In this document: positions 13,338 through 26,703 of the stretch, one piece after another
How the letters are laid out: each line of letters opens with the position of its first letter
Numbering within the stretch: position 1 is the stretch's first letter
Assembly: GCF_018977255.1 (NCBI RefSeq)
Contig: NW_024704768.1
Span: forward strand, 4,340,001-4,404,000
DNA length: 64,000 nt
Origin: Callorhinchus milii
Taxonomy: Eukaryota
Direction: 5' to 3'
Position numbers and translations under genes: made by a program
Notes under the pieces: model-generated
The model's database searches: none
What the model saw: only the letters and a program-made list of their open reading frames with translations
Told to the model about the DNA's origin: nothing

Positions 13338-14435
13338 TCATGTGTGGAACACGGTGTTGAGCTGTGAGCTCAGCAGATGGTGGGGGTGAGGGTGGGGATG
13401 GGGGTGAGGGTGAGGGGGGTACGGGTCAAAGGAAGTCACCAAGTTTTCCGAGTGGATCTGGTATCGGTTGATTCCCGCGGGGAACACAGGGCCTTGACCT
13501 TGGGGTCCGTGGAGGGTGGCCGAGGGATAGTGAGACCCGAGGCCGTAGGGTTTATCCATCTCCCCAGCCCTGGCCTCCTGCTTCAGGGAGAAGTTCCCAC
13601 TGATGCTCAGAGCTGGACTCAAGGCGTCCTTGTACGTTGGCGTTGCTGGAGGGTGGGGTGAGCTGGGACAATCTGCCGATCGGGCCTCGAATAAAGGTTC
13701 CACCAACGGTCTATAGCTGTGAGGCTTGGCGTGCAGGAAATGAGATGGGTCCAGGCTGCCGTAGACTGGGCTGGGGAGTCCTGGGGTGGGGTAGTCGAAG
13801 GAATTAACGGAGCCAATGGCCTCGCAAGGCTCAGACCCCTCCTCTTCTGGTCTCTCCAGCATAAAGGCTTGGGGATTGATCTGCAGGCAACCTGCGACCA
13901 AATTGGTGGTGGGTTGAGATAGGCCTTTGCAGAGCATCTGGACGAAGGCTTTGGACTCGGGGCTTTTCCCAGTCTGGAGGATCTCCGAGAGAGTCCAGAT
14001 GTAATTGCTGGCGAGCCTCAGCGTCTCAATCTTGGACAGCTTCTGGGTTTTGGAGTAACAGGGCATGACTTTCCGCAAGTTGTCCAGTGCTGCATTGAGT
14101 CCGTGCATCCGGCTCCGTTCTCTCGCGTTGGCTTTCAGTCTCCGCGCTTTGAACCTCTCCACCCTCGCCTTGGTCACCTTCCTCTTCTTAGGACCTCGCC
14201 TCGTGGGCTTGGGCCCATCCTCCTCCTCCTCCTCCTCCTCTTCCTCCTCCTCCTCCCCCCCCACCTCGTACTCTCCCTTGTCGCTTCCTTCCTCCTCTTG
14301 TTCTCCTTCCTCCTCCTCACCTTTGCTCAGACTGTCCAGCGTGTCTCCCTGTCTCGTTTCGTCCTGCGAACTCGCGCTCTCCTCCAGGAAGTTCCTCAGT
14401 GTCATCTCCGTGGGTTTGCTGTAGGTCTTTGTCAT
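13338..14435 (-). CDS. NEUROD4: Neurogenic differentiation factor 4 (atonal-family bHLH), 365 aa, single coding exon
   Basis: Kozak ATG 9 nt after a splice acceptor (14445-14446). Acidic tract, RRGPKKRK, b[20 protein letters not shown]...[10 protein letters not shown], NeuroD domain [30 protein letters not shown]-terminus QLNTVFHT. Candidate ATTAAA at 12900-12905. Confidence 0.93.
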   Translation of the reverse strand: MTKTYSKPTEMTLRNFLEESASSQDETRQGDTLDSLSKGEEEEGEQEEEGSDKGEYEVGGEEEEEEEEEEEEDGPKPTRRGPKKRKVTKARVERFKARRLKANARERSRMHGLNAALDNLRKVMPCYSKTQKLSKIETLRLASNYIWTLSEILQTGKSPESKAFVQMLCKGLSQPTTNLVAGCLQINPQAFMLERPEEEGSEPCEAIGSVNSFDYPTPGLPSPVYGSLDPSHFLHAKPHSYRPLVEPLFEARSADCPSSPHPPATPTYKDALSPALSISGNFSLKQEARAGEMDKPYGLGSHYPSATLHGPQGQGPVFPAGINRYQIHSENLVTSFDPYPPHPHPHPHPHPHHLLSSQLNTVFHT

Positions 14436-14474
14436 GGCGATGGTCTGAGCAAAACAGCAGCAACAACTCGTGCT

Positions 14475-14855
14475 TAATAATAATAATAATAAGATCAAAA
14501 TAATAATAATAATAATCCCGGCATTCGACCCGGCGCTCGATCACGTCTTCGAGACGCCTCAAAGCGCTTCACGGGATACACCGCAAAGTGCAGTGACTGT
14601 GTGTTTTGCCCAGCGACGGCCCCACAAACAGCCGCGGTTTGAGCGACCATTTTGTTTCTAAAAGGGGATTATCACCCCCCGGGAAAGGTATCCCCCAATC
14701 GGCTAAGAAACCGGGTTCCTACTGACTGCTGGTAAACCGAGGCGCGCGCGCGCGTGTGTGTGTGTGGAGTAAGGAACTTGCCCAATGTTTCGCCCGGGAA
14801 TCGAACCCGGGTCCTCTCTCGCTTGCGAGGCGAGGGCGCTAACCACCGAGCTCCG
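14475..14855 (-). mobile_element. SINE copy in neurod4 intron
   Basis: Same family: tail, body, CA microsatellite and tRNA head in reverse orientation. Confidence 0.8.
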
Positions 14856-15543
14856 GGGTGGGGGGGACCTCTATTGTTAGGAAAGTGGGGGAAGGTCGCT
14901 GGCAATTGGAATAAATCCTTGAGCGCAGATTGAACACACAGTCTGCATCTCCTCGTTTATCAGCTTATAGTATTTTCTAATCTGTCCGTTCAGCCTGAAA
15001 ATCCATCTCTTCTGACTGCGCAGACGCTTCCCCTTTAATTCCAGAAATGGACTGTAATCCATTTCGACGGATTCCCACGTCCCCCTCTCTCTCCCCTCTC
15101 TCTCCCCTCTCTCTCCCCCTCTCTCTCCCCCTCTCTCTCTCCCCCTCTCTCTCCCTCTCTCTCCCTCTCTCTCTCTCTCTACGGCAAAGTTTGCGATTGT
15201 GAAATAATAATAAGCGGTAAATAATAATAACAATACTACTCCTGGCGTTCGATTCAGCCCCTCATCGCGTCTTCGAGACGCCTCGAAGCGCCTCGCGGGA
15301 CACTCCGCCAAACGCATTGACTCGTGCGCTTCCCGGGCGTAACGCGGATGACCTCTTACGCGAGAGAGAGAGAGAGAGAGAATGTGGGGGGAAAAATGCA
15401 ATAAAATGATTTATGAAACATTACGCGGGAGTCCTGTGTCGCAGGGGTTAGAGACCTCTCGCCTCACAAGCGAGAGGACCCCGGGGTTCGATTCCCGGGC
15501 GGGTCAGGACGGGGCGAAATGTTGGGCGACTTTCCTTACTCCC

Positions 15544-15575
<32 letters not shown>

Positions 15576-15880
15576 CACGCGCGCGGATCGCTTTTCCAGG
15601 GGTAATAATCCCTTCCCCCCCCAAAAAAAACGAACGATAATAATAATTGGGTCACTCCATCCACGGCTGTTCGTGAGCCACACTGCCGGGCGCAGTCGGC
15701 TGCCGCCTTTCGCCCAGAAAGTACGCAGTCACTACACTTTACGGTACATATTCTGTGGATTGAGGGCGGGAGGCAAATAGAACAGGGAACAAACTTTGGA
15801 AAATACTTTACCCGGTCAGAAGCGATTGCAATCAACTCTTAAAGAGCATCCATTGAGGTTGGGTTCAGTGATGGGCTCAC

Positions 15881-16400
15881 CGCGCTCTCTGGCTCTCCGT
15901 CTCTCTCTCTCTCTCTCTCTCTCGCTGTATCTCTGTCACTCACTCTGTCTCTCTCGTTCTGTCTCTCACTCGCTTTGTCTCTCTCTGTCTCTCTCTCTCT
16001 CTCTCTCGCTCTCTCTCGCTGTCTCCCCCTTATCCCCCTCTCCCTCTCTCCCGCTCCAGCCCTGTGTCTGATTAGTGGGCAGTTCAGCACCGATGGCTGG
16101 AGAGCTACTGACCATCTGTGTGGTTCCAAAGACACGTGTGCTGTTGGCAGACTTGCTATCGAGGGCTGCTGTACTCCTGCGTGTGTGTGTGTGTGTGTGT
16201 GTGGTGGCGGAGGGGAGGGGGGGGGAGAGAGAGGGGGGAGTGGGGGGGGTGGGAAGCTGAGCAGAGGTCCATCTGTCGCATGTATAAACCTCCCAGAGGA
16301 AGACTGTGTGCTCGGTGTCCGCAGACCAGCCCTCCTGCCCTCTAATCTGCCCATTCAGTTGGAAAATCCACTCGGTTTAATTAGATTTCCTCGTTCGACT
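15881..16400 (-). promoter_or_regulatory. Candidate neurod4 non-coding exon 1 and proximal promoter
   Basis: Minus-strand donor GCG|GTGAGC at 15880/15881. E-boxes CAGATG (16113-16118, 16270-16275) and CACGTG (16133-16138) upstream. NeuroD genes have a non-coding first exon. Confidence 0.4.
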
Positions 16401-18332
16401 CAAACCGTCGTGAGAGCAACAATAACAATACGAATCCTCGCGTTGGCTCTCAGGGCCCTGTGTCCCATCGTCGGGACGTCTCAACGCGCTTCGCAGCATA
16501 TGCCGTAAAGTGTAGTGACTTTGTGTATTTGATATCCAGGGTTTCGCCCACAGAACACACGGTCACTACACTTTACAGCGAATCCCGGGAAGCGCTTTGA
16601 GACGCCTCAAAGACCTGATGAGGCGCCGGATCAAACGCCAGGATTATTATTGTTGTTGTTGTTATTATTATATGACATTTAATATAAACGATGCCTTTTC
16701 CTGCTGTTATGACAGTAACGGTAAATGTTCCTGTGGTGGGTGGGGGGGGGGGGGGGGGGTAGGAGGGTGGGAGGCGGTGGGGGGGGCGGTGGGTTGTGTA
16801 CATGTAATTACCGCTGTGTTGGAAGCTTGGGAGAGGATTTCAAAGCTTTAAGAGACAATTTCAACTCTTTTTTTCTTAAGCAGATTATTGTCCCCTGAAC
16901 GAGGCGACACACTTTATATACAGCCTTGGGAGCACACGCGTGTGTGCGTTTGTGTGTGTATGCGAGTATGTGTGTGTGTACGTGAGTGAGTGTGTATGTA
17001 TGTGTGTATATACGTGTATGTGTGAGAGTGTGTTTGTGTGTATGTGTGTACACGTGTGTGTGAGTGTGATTGTGCGTATATGTGTGTGTGAGTGAGTGTG
17101 CTTGTGTGTGTGTGTGTGTGTACATGTGTGAGCGTGNNNNNNNNNNNNNNNNNNNNNNNNNNNNNNNNNNNNNNNNNNNNNNNNNNNNNNNNNNNNNNNN
17201 NNNNNNNNNNNNNNNNNNNNNNNNNNNNNNNNNNNNNNNNNNNNNNNNNNNNNNNNNNNNNNNNNNNNNNNNNNNNNNNNNNNNNNNNNNNNNNNNNNNN
17301 NNNNNNNNNNNNNNNNNNNNNNNNGATCGATTAGCGGAGGCTCATGTGTTGAGGGGAAAAGGCAGAACAAAAACTGGGAAAGAGAGGAACGTAGGAAGGA
17401 ATCGTGTTAGAGAGAGAGAGAGAGTACAGAGGGAAGAACGAGTTGTTTCAGACAGAAACACTGCACATCTCCTCAGATTAGAGCCACATTTCCGAGCGGA
17501 ACCTTTTATTCCGGGACCCGTCAGAAATCCTAAACCCAGAGATGTAAAACCCACACGGCTCAGATATCGCAATCCCATTTTGCGAAGTAAATTAAAATGA
17601 TTGAATATGTTTTTTTTAACACAGANNNNNNNNNNNNNNNNNNNNNNNNNNNNNNNNNNNNNNNNNNNNNNNNNNNNNNNNNNNNNNNNNNNNNNNNNNN
17701 NNNNNNNNNNNNNNNNNNNNNNNNNNNNNNNNNNNNNNNNNNNNNNNNNNNNNNNNNNNNNNNNNNNNNNNNNNNNNNNNNNNNNNNNNNNNNNNNNNNN
17801 NNNNNNNNNNNNNNNNNNNNNNNNACACACAGATAGACNNNNNNNNNNNNNNNNNNNNNNNNNNNNNNNNNNNNNNNNNNNNNNNNNNNNNNNNNNNNNN
17901 NNNNNNNNNNNNNNNNNNNNNNNNNNNNNNNNNNNNNNNNNNNNNNNNNNNNNNNNNNNNNNNNNNNNNNNNNNNNNNNNNNNNNNNNNNNNNNNNNNNN
18001 NNNNNNNNNNNNNNNNNNNNNNNNNNNNNAGCTCAATTTGCCCCTTTATCTTTGTGTCTCTAAACCTTTCCCTTTTTTCCTCCACACTACGGCTCCGCCG
18101 CCCTAACTTGCATTTATAACTCCGACTCCTGATAACAATCGCGGAGTTTGACACAGCGCCTTATCACGTCTTCGAGAACGTCTCAAAGCGCTTCGCAGGA
18201 CAGGATACGCTGTAAAGTGTTAGCGACTGTGCGTTTTGCAATGATGAGCAGAGAGGGTAAGGTGGAGGGAATTATTTTTATTTATTCCCTGGGGGGGGGG
18301 GGGCGATAGCTGGGATACAGAACGCCTCACTC

Positions 18333-19817
18333 TCAGGGAGACCTGGGATAAGCTGAAGCCACGTATTTCTTCCCGTTGCCGTACGAGGTCTTGGACCAGG
18401 TGTAGGTCTGGATTTCCACCTCAGTGCCTCCCAAACGTACGCGACACCTGCAGGGAGATCGGGGTAGGACGCGAAAGGTTACCGATAATAATAATATTAT
18501 CAATGATGATATTAGCGCTGATAATATTGATAGTAATTAGTAATAATCCTCGCGTTTGATACAGCGCCTGATCACGTCTTCGAGAGGTCTCAAAGCGCTT
18601 CCCGGGATACGCTGTGAAGTGAATTGACTGTATATTTTGTGGGCGAAACGCGGCAGCCGATCTGTTTTGAGGGATTATTATCCCCGGAAAGCGATCCGCC
18701 AATCGACTAACAACCGGGTTCCTACTTACTGCTGATAAACAGAGGCGCGCACGTGTGCTAATCGATCGGTAACCACTGAGCTACAGGAATTACTCCACAA
18801 TTGCTGCTTCGTTGCTGATACTCACACTCCGTCCGGCTTTGCGATGAAACACAGAGTATAAATGGCAAAGTCAAACTCTGGGCTGGAGCCGACGAATTCA
18901 GAACCAACTTCCTTGAAGTAACCGTTCCAGTCAAACTGCATCCCGAGGATATCCGGATAACCGGTCATCTGAGGGAACAGCCGTGGATTGAGTGAGAATT
19001 TTGCGCGTCCGCGCGCGCGTGTGCGTGTGCGTGTGTGTGTGGAGGAAGAAAACTTGCCCAACATTTCGCCCTGACCTCTCCCGCCCGGGAATCGGACCCG
19101 GGTCCTCTGGCTTGCGAGGCCGAGGGGGGCTCTAACCCCTGAGCCGCAGGAGAACTCCTGCATCTATTAACTTTTCTGGCCAAAGATGTGGCTTTGAAGC
19201 GCTGCTGGCTGTCAGATGTGCCAGGGATGGGGCAGTGGCACAGATGTGGTCGCAGAGATCTCTCTGCCAACGATGCCCGGCCAGGCTGCTGTGACAGTGG
19301 CGGTGGTTGGGTGGGGGGGGGGGGGGGATAATTAGCGGAGGGGTTGGGGGAGAGAGTTCAAAAGCTTCGGGGCGTAATGGCTGAAAGTGCGGAGGTGGAG
19401 CGGAGGGGATTGAGTTAACGACTTTCTATTGGGGGCTGTTTGGGTTTCTTTTTTTGTGTGTGACTCGTTTGAAGGAGGGAGCTGGAAAAAAAAAGGTTCG
19501 ACCTGGCGCCTCGCAAGCGAGAGAACCCGAGTTCATTGACTCCCTCCCTCCCTCCCTCACCCGGGCTCCGCCACCGTTAAACGGTCCGAGACACTGCCCC
19601 CCCCCCCCCCACCCCCCCCGTGAAGTGCCCTGTGTCGTCGTTGTTGTGGTGGCGGTGGTTTTTCCTCACGGGATTGTTGAAGTTGTGGCTGTAATAGTTG
19701 AGCTCTCCTCGCTTCTCCGCCAGGTAGAACTGGATCCAGTTGTGGAATCCACTCACGATCCCTTTTTTCACCTCACCTGTGGCCAAAGGAACGTGTGGTA
19801 TTAGGGGCAGAGGAACG

Positions 19818-19849
<32 letters not shown>

Positions 19850-21928
19850 GTCCCTGGGGTCAAGGAGTCATTCCACTCAACTCCCGCTAACCCTACAATA
19901 CGGTCACTACACTTTACGGTGTATCCTGTGAAGCGCTTTGAGACGCTCTCGATGACCTGATAAGGCGCCGTATCCAATGCCAGGATTATTATTATACCGT
20001 TAACGTCACTGTTGCTGTCAGACGGTGGAGTGTCGGGTGTTTGCGTTTGGCTGTTATTTTATAATAATGAATAATAATAATAAATCGGCCACTTCAACCC
20101 ACGGCTGTTTGTGGGGACGTCGCTGTGCGCAATTGGCTGCCCACAAAATATACAGTCACTGCACTTTGCAGCGTATCCCGTGAAGCGCTTTGAGACGTCT
20201 CGAAGACATAATAAGGCGCCGGGTCAAATGTGAGGATTATTATTATTCCTTATTAATATTGGCAGGTGATGGAGTGCTGTGTGTGTGTGTGTGTTGTGGG
20301 CAGGGGGAGAGGGTATCCCAAGGGGATTATAAGGGTTATTATCGTTATTATTACTGTGTTGAAGTCGTGAATTACCCAGGAATATGTGCTCAAAGCCGCT
20401 GGAATCTTGGGCGCCATAGGCTCGAGAGTACAGTCCAAACCACATCTTCTTAAGGTCCTCTTTAAACTCCTCCACAGTCTTGTACTTCTCTGAGTGGCAG
20501 AAACACGGCATAACAACAGGAAAAGCGATCCGCCGAGCGATTAACGACCGAGTTCCTACTGACTGCTGGTAAACAGAGGTCTGTGTGTGTCTGTGTCGGT
20601 GTGTGGGAGGGAGTAAGGAAACTTACCTAAGGTTTCGCCCCGACCTGACCCGCCCGGGTATCGAACCCGGGTCCTCTCGCTCGCGAGACGAGGGGTCTAA
20701 CCCCTGAGCTACGGGACTCCAGGAGGATTGATAGGTATGTGTGTGACACTGTGTGTGTTTGTAACACTGTGCGTGTGTTGATGAGAGTGTATGTATTAGT
20801 GTGTGAGTGTGTGTGTGTGCGCGCGTGTGTATGTGTATGTGTTAGTGTGTGTGAATGTATGAGTGTGTGTGTGTGTATTTGTGTGTGTATATTAGTGTGT
20901 GTGTGTATGAGTGTGTGTGCGAGTATGTGTATGTATTCGTGTGTGTATGTATTAGTGTGTGAGTGTGCATGTGTATGTATTCGTGTGTGTGTATGTATGT
21001 ATGAGTGTGTGTGTGTGTATTAGTGTNNNNNNNNNNNNNNNNNNNNNNNNNNNNNNNNNNNNNNNNNNNNNNNNNNNNNNNNNNNNNNNNNNNNNNNNNN
21101 NNNNNNNNNNNNNNNNNNNNNNNNNNNNNNNNNNNNNNNNNNNNNNNNNNNNNNNNNNNNNNNNNNNNNNNNNNNNNNNNNNNNNNNNNNNNNNNNNNNN
21201 NNNCGAGGGACACCGTTGCCTGTGCTTTCCCAGCGCAGACGCTTACTCTTGGAGTGCAGGAAGCTGTACAGTTCCTCCATGATGGGTGTCTCCATGATGG
21301 CTGTCAGGAAGTTGTCTTGTTCCATTATCTGCTCCGGGGTGAATTCCTCGTCCTCGCCAGTCATCCACTGGTAATTGTTGAGCAGAGAGATGAAGGCAGC
21401 GTACGTGGGTCTGGAGAAGAGAACTTCCTCATTCACGTAGGAATAAAACCTGGAAGGGAGACGGAGAGAGGTGTATATTACACAGCGCCTTTCATGTTGG
21501 GAGGTTGTCGAGAGAGAGAGAGAGAGAGAGATGGGGGAGAAAGAGGTGGGGGAGAAAGATGGGTTGAGAGCGAGAGATGCGGGAGAGAGACACACACACA
21601 CGGTAGACAAATAGGGAGAGACAGAAAGAGAGAGGGTAGAGAGACAGAGACAAGGGCGGGAAGGTCAAGAGACAGAGAGACATCCAGACAGATAGAGAGA
21701 GACAGAGAAAGGGTAGATATAGAGAGAGAGGGGGTAGACAGACAGAGACAGAGCAACAGATAGATAGACAGACAGAGAGAGACAGAGCGAGGGTAGAGAT
21801 AGAAGGAGACAGACAGAGAGACAACAGAGAGAGAAAGACGGAGACAGAGAGACAGACACTGTCAGAGACAGACAGAGAGAGACAGAGAGAGGGTAGACGT
21901 AGAGAGAGATATAGAGACACAGAGAGCG

Positions 21929-21968
<40 letters not shown>

Positions 21969-23961
21969 GGGAGACAGAGGGAGGGTAGAGAGATGGACTG
22001 CGTGGCCAGGACACTGACCTCTCTGGAGAGTAATCGACTTGGCCATCGGTCTGCGAGTTGTCGATCAGGCGCTGGGGGTTGATTTGGAGCTCAGACGCTG
22101 TGGGTTTGTTGACGTCCTTTAAGTAGAGTCTCTCAGACACACTCCGGGTCTCGGCATCAGTGATGGGCTCTGCGTGAGGAGTGGGATCAGGGTCAGTAAC
22201 ACCTGGGGTCGGGCACCTGGATTAGCTCCCGGAGCAGAACAGGAACACCCCCACCCCCTCACCCACCTCGCCCCCAACCCAACCCTGGCACACAGACACA
22301 CACATGCACACACACACGTGTACAGACACCCAGACACGCACGCGCACAGACACGCGCGCGCACAAACAAAGAAGCGCACACACGCGTGCACACACACACA
22401 CGCACACACACGCGTGACTTCGCTTACACCGGGTTCACTCACCCCCACAGATCAGGGTATAATCCTCACAGCAGTTGTTGTATCTGCTACACTTTGAGTT
22501 GCAGTGACAAAGGTCGTTGGGGTTGTACGATTCCCCGCATCTTCCCTCGCACGAGAGCTCGGCTGTGAGAGGTCGAGAGGAGAGAGAGCGAGCGTGAGCG
22601 GGTGTGAGAGGAGAGAGAGCGTGAGTGTGCGCGCGAGGAGAGAGCCCGAGCGGGCGTGACGGGGTGAGGCGAGAGAGTGCGAGCGGGCGTGAGCGAGTAT
22701 GAGTGTGAGAGCGTGAGCGGGTGTGCGTGGGCGAGAGGAGAGAGTGCGAGCGGGTGTGCGAGGAGAGAGAGAGAGAGAGAGAGTGCGCGCGGGTGTGCGA
22801 GGAGAGAGAGAGAGAGTGCGAGCGGGTGTGCGAGGAGAGAGAGAGAGAGTGCGAGCGGTGGATTGAGTGACCGAATCATTATTAATCATTTATTTTTAGT
22901 TCCCAATTGTTGGTGTCATCGGGTCGATCTGACCTTGGCTTAAAACATGTCCATTTCTCACGTTGTGCGCCAGGAATCTCGCCACGTCACAGGTTCTCTC
23001 TCTCACCCCCACCCTCTGGAACTCCATCCCACAGTCCCTCCGCCTCACCCCCCTCCCCTCGCCCCCCCCAACCACCCAACCCCCTCACCCCCTCTCTTCC
23101 CCCTTCAACCTCCTCTTCCACCAACCGCCCCTTCGGTCACCCTTCCACGGGAAGATAACATGGGAAGGGGCGGTTGGTCGGAGAGGAGGGTCTTGAGCCG
23201 GGTTTTGGAGGAGGCGAGGGAGGGAGGGAGGGAGGGAGGGAGGGAGGGAGGGGGGAGGGGGAGGGAGGGAGGGGGTGAGGGATGGCCTCACAGTGTGACC
23301 TTGCTTACACAAGGGATAAATGAGCCATTTCATCCAGAAAACTGGTGTGAATGGGATTTGCAGACCACTGAACTGAACGGGAACGATCCCGAAATTCCCT
23401 TCGGAACAGTAGCTATTGTCTGGGAACCGCCAGCGGTGGGGACCAACGCCGACACAAACTCTTATCGCGTACCCCGCTACCGGAAGAATTTATCAGCGCG
23501 ATCGCCGATGAATTCATCCGATAATAAATAACTGATGAGTGGATTGGAGCGGAATCGACTCGCGATAAAGCGCTTTGAGGCGTCTCAACCAATTAAATTA
23601 ATGAGCAGCCGATTCATCAATCGCTCACTTAAATTCACTAAATAATTGATCACTTGCCGCCAGATAAAACAGTGGCGGCAAGTGTCGCCTTTGCAATGCA
23701 CAGTCGCTCCACTTTAGGGTACGTGCCCCGGGTCCCGCGAAGCCCTTTGAGACGTCTCCACGACGCTGCATCAAGCGCCAGGACCTTTGCCGTCACGGCC
23801 GCACGATTCGCGCGGGTCGGGCGCTTAACGGGTGAGCTATTACCGCGCGAGAAGGACGAGCCGAGAGAGAGAGAGAGAGAGAGAGAGACGCACTCACAGT
23901 AACCGACGTGCCTCGCCGTCGCGCTGCAGAGGAGCAGGGTGAGGAGAGCTGCCGGCTTCAT
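18333..23961 (-). CDS. ENDOU: Uridylate-specific endoribonuclease EndoU (PP11/XendoU family), 338 aa: signal peptide, one somatomedin-B domain, EndoU domain
   Basis: Exons 23961-23898 ([16 protein letters not shown]), 22562-22443 ([32 protein letters not shown]), 22169-22019, 21449-21247, 20489-20376 ([10 protein letters not shown]), 19776-19670 (GFHNW), 18968-18826 (YFKEVGS..GSSPEF), 18447-18333 (TGA). Total 1017 nt, in frame, with catalytic His/His/Lys present. AATAAA on minus at 18277-18286. Confidence 0.93.
22570..22858. repeat. GA/GC compound minisatellite in endou intron 1
   Basis: Repeats of GAGAGAGTGCGAGCGGGTGTGCGAGGA. Confidence 0.8.
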
Positions 23962-25231
23962 TGCAGTGACGTGCTTCAACACCCAACAGGACCGCCCGCC
24001 CGCACCGACTGCCCACCCCCTCGCCTCCTGCAGACTCTCCTATGTACTGGGCTCGCGAGCCAATCAGCAGGTCAGCAGTTTGTGGGATCGTTGCCCTCTA
24101 ACGCGGTGGTTTGTGCGAACATCAGGAAAGTATCCCAGGAGGAAGCTGATAACCATCGTAATAATCATAATTAATAATCAATGATTAATAATAATTAACG
24201 ATTAATCATAGTACGACTTGCACTTGAGGGTTATTGCCTCTCATCGCGTCGTTGAGACGTCTCAAAGACTTTCGCAGAATGTACCGTCAAGTGTAGTGAC
24301 TGTGTATTTTTGGGGGTGGGGGGGGGGCAAAACTGATTTCACACGCTGGGGGGGTTTATCAGTTTTTTGGCCGCGGATGTTGTTTTTGATGGAAAAATAT
24401 TTTTCCAAACCCCCTTTGCACCAACCTCCCCCCCTCCCCCACCTCCCCCCACCTCCCCCCACCCCCCCACCCCCACACACTCCCTCCCCGCACTGTTTCA
24501 CGTCAATGGACGTGTAATCTGTCAAACACGAGGTCTAAGTTGGACCTTGAGAATGTCCCACCTCTGAGGTTGAAGGCCAATTGCAGGATTCCTGTGAAGA
24601 AAAGAAAACAGCCGGAGCAGGTGATTGGTAATATAATAATAATCACCATCAGAGTCATCAGAATAATCCTCACATGTAACATAGAGCCTTACAGACGCCT
24701 CAAAGCGCCTCACAGGATATACTGTAAAGTGGATTGACTGTGAAGAGCTTTGAGACGTCTCAACGAGTTGATAACTTTACAAAAGGGAATTGGATAGGGA
24801 ATAAATGTGTAGGGCTGCAGGAAAGAGCGGGGGGGAGTGAGAGGGACCAGTTGGGGTAAGAGCGGGGGGGAGTGAGTGGGACTAGTTGGTGGCTCTTCCG
24901 AAGAGCGGCACAGGGCCCGATGGGCCGAATGGCCTCCTTCTGTGCTGTAAGATTCTATGATCCTTCGATAAAAAGCCTCGTGTCAAACGGAAGGATTGTT
25001 CTGATCGCCGTACGATATTTCCTGTGAAGCGCTTTGAGATATTCGCCTGACGTGACAGAGGCAAAGATTATTATTGTTGTTGTTGTTGTTATTATTGTTA
25101 TTATTATTCTGTAATTATTATCCTGTAATAATTCTGTGCTGGTGACCGTGTTTCTGGTTGATATTTCGGTGGCAAGTCTTTACGGCAGCAATAAGGTGGG
25201 AGTTGGTAACGCACACACAAACACATACAGA

Positions 25232-25267
<36 letters not shown>

Positions 25268-25454
25268 AACACACAAACACACACACACACGCAAACACAC
25301 ACGCGAACGCATACACACCCACAAAAGGAGACAAAACAGGATCCTATTGACTCCCAACTCCGGTAACAAGTGGAAACATTGAGTGGAGCCCAATCTCACC
25401 GCTGGTGATCGCACGGAGAGAGAGATAGTGAGAGAGAGAGAGAGAGCGCGCGCG

Positions 25455-25907
25455 GGACTGACGTCTTTGACGCGTTTCCTGTGGTTTAAACGCGTTCTTG
25501 GGCTCGATCAGCGAGCGAGAGCGAGCGAGAGCGAGAGAGAGAGACACACCGACGCCAAGTTCTCAGAAACGTTGGCGGGCGACCGTTGATTGTGAGTCAG
25601 TCTCTAAACTGCTCCAACCAGCCCCGACCCACAGGAAGTGGGTTGGCAGTTTCCGTCGAGCCTCGCGATTTCCGGGTTGGTTCCCAGCCAGAGAGAGAGA
25701 GAGAGAGAGAGAGACGGGGCGGTGAGGTGGGGGTGGGGTGGGGTGGGTGGGGGGTGTGTGGAAAACCAGGGCCTCCCTCGTCAGAGGCTCCGCTCCCGAC
25801 TGGAGACACCGACGGAAGGCTTTCTGGGAATGTTTCGGTGCGGCAGGACTCGTGCGGTCGGGGAGACGGGAGCTGAGCCGCTCGGGACCCCGCAGTGAGG
25901 ACGCCGG
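25455..25907 (+). promoter_or_regulatory. Candidate tespa1 promoter and non-coding first exon
   Basis: CpG-rich. TGACGTC 25459, TTCCTGTGGTTT (ETS+RUNX) 25476-25487, TTCTCAGAA 25560-25568, TGAGTCA 25593-25599, CAGGAAGTG 25632-25640, TTCTGGGAA 25822-25830. Donor CGG|GTAAGG at 25907/25908. Confidence 0.5.
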
Positions 25908-26703
25908 GTAAGGAACACAGAGGGAGACTGCACGATTCTCTCTCTCTCTCTGTCTCTCTCTACCTCTCTCTCTACCTCTCTCTCTGTCTCTCTCTCTCTC
26001 TCTGTCTCTCTCTGTCCCTCTCTCTCTCTCTGCTTCTTGAGAATCAGTGATAATAATCATAATAATCATCATAATAATAATAATAATCCTCGCCTTTGAC
26101 CCGGCGCCTTATCGCGTCTTCGAGACGTCTCAAAGCCCTTCGCGGGATTGCACTGCAAAGTGTAGTGACTGTGTAGTTTGCAGGCGAAAGGCGGCGGCCA
26201 ACGGCTCCCAGCGACGTCCCCACAAAGAGCCGTGGACTGAAGGGACCAATTTATTATCATTTTTTTTTCGGAAGGAATTAATAGCCCCGGGAAAAGCCGT
26301 CGCTGTGTCCCATTCGGGAATCGAACCCGGGTCCTCTCGACTGCGAGGTACAGGGTCTCCCCACCGGGTCAGACTTATGTGGGTTTTCACCGAATGTCGA
26401 AACCCAAACAGCATTTTTCTACCTTTTTTTTTAATTAGGTTTTTATTATTTATTATCATCGTATTACCGTTATATAATTAACGTTATACCACATGTAATA
26501 AATCTATTATCATCCTATAAGGAATGCCACGTTCGGTGTAATAATATAATTTATTATTAACCATTATAATTAATACTATTATTATCAGTGGCAGTAATTA
26601 TTATTATTCTAACTCTGACCTCTTTCCATTCCTTGTCTCTCTCCCCACCCCCCCCCCCCACCACACCCCCCCCCACCCCACCACCGTCCACCCAGTGAGA
26701 GAG

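Noticed and set aside
14436-14498. N-terminal extension of the neurod4 ORF (MILLLLLL...)
   Set aside because: Mostly intronic SINE tail upstream of the splice acceptor; the real ATG is at 14435.
17137-18029. Long ORFs spanning N runs
   Set aside because: Artefacts of assembly gaps.
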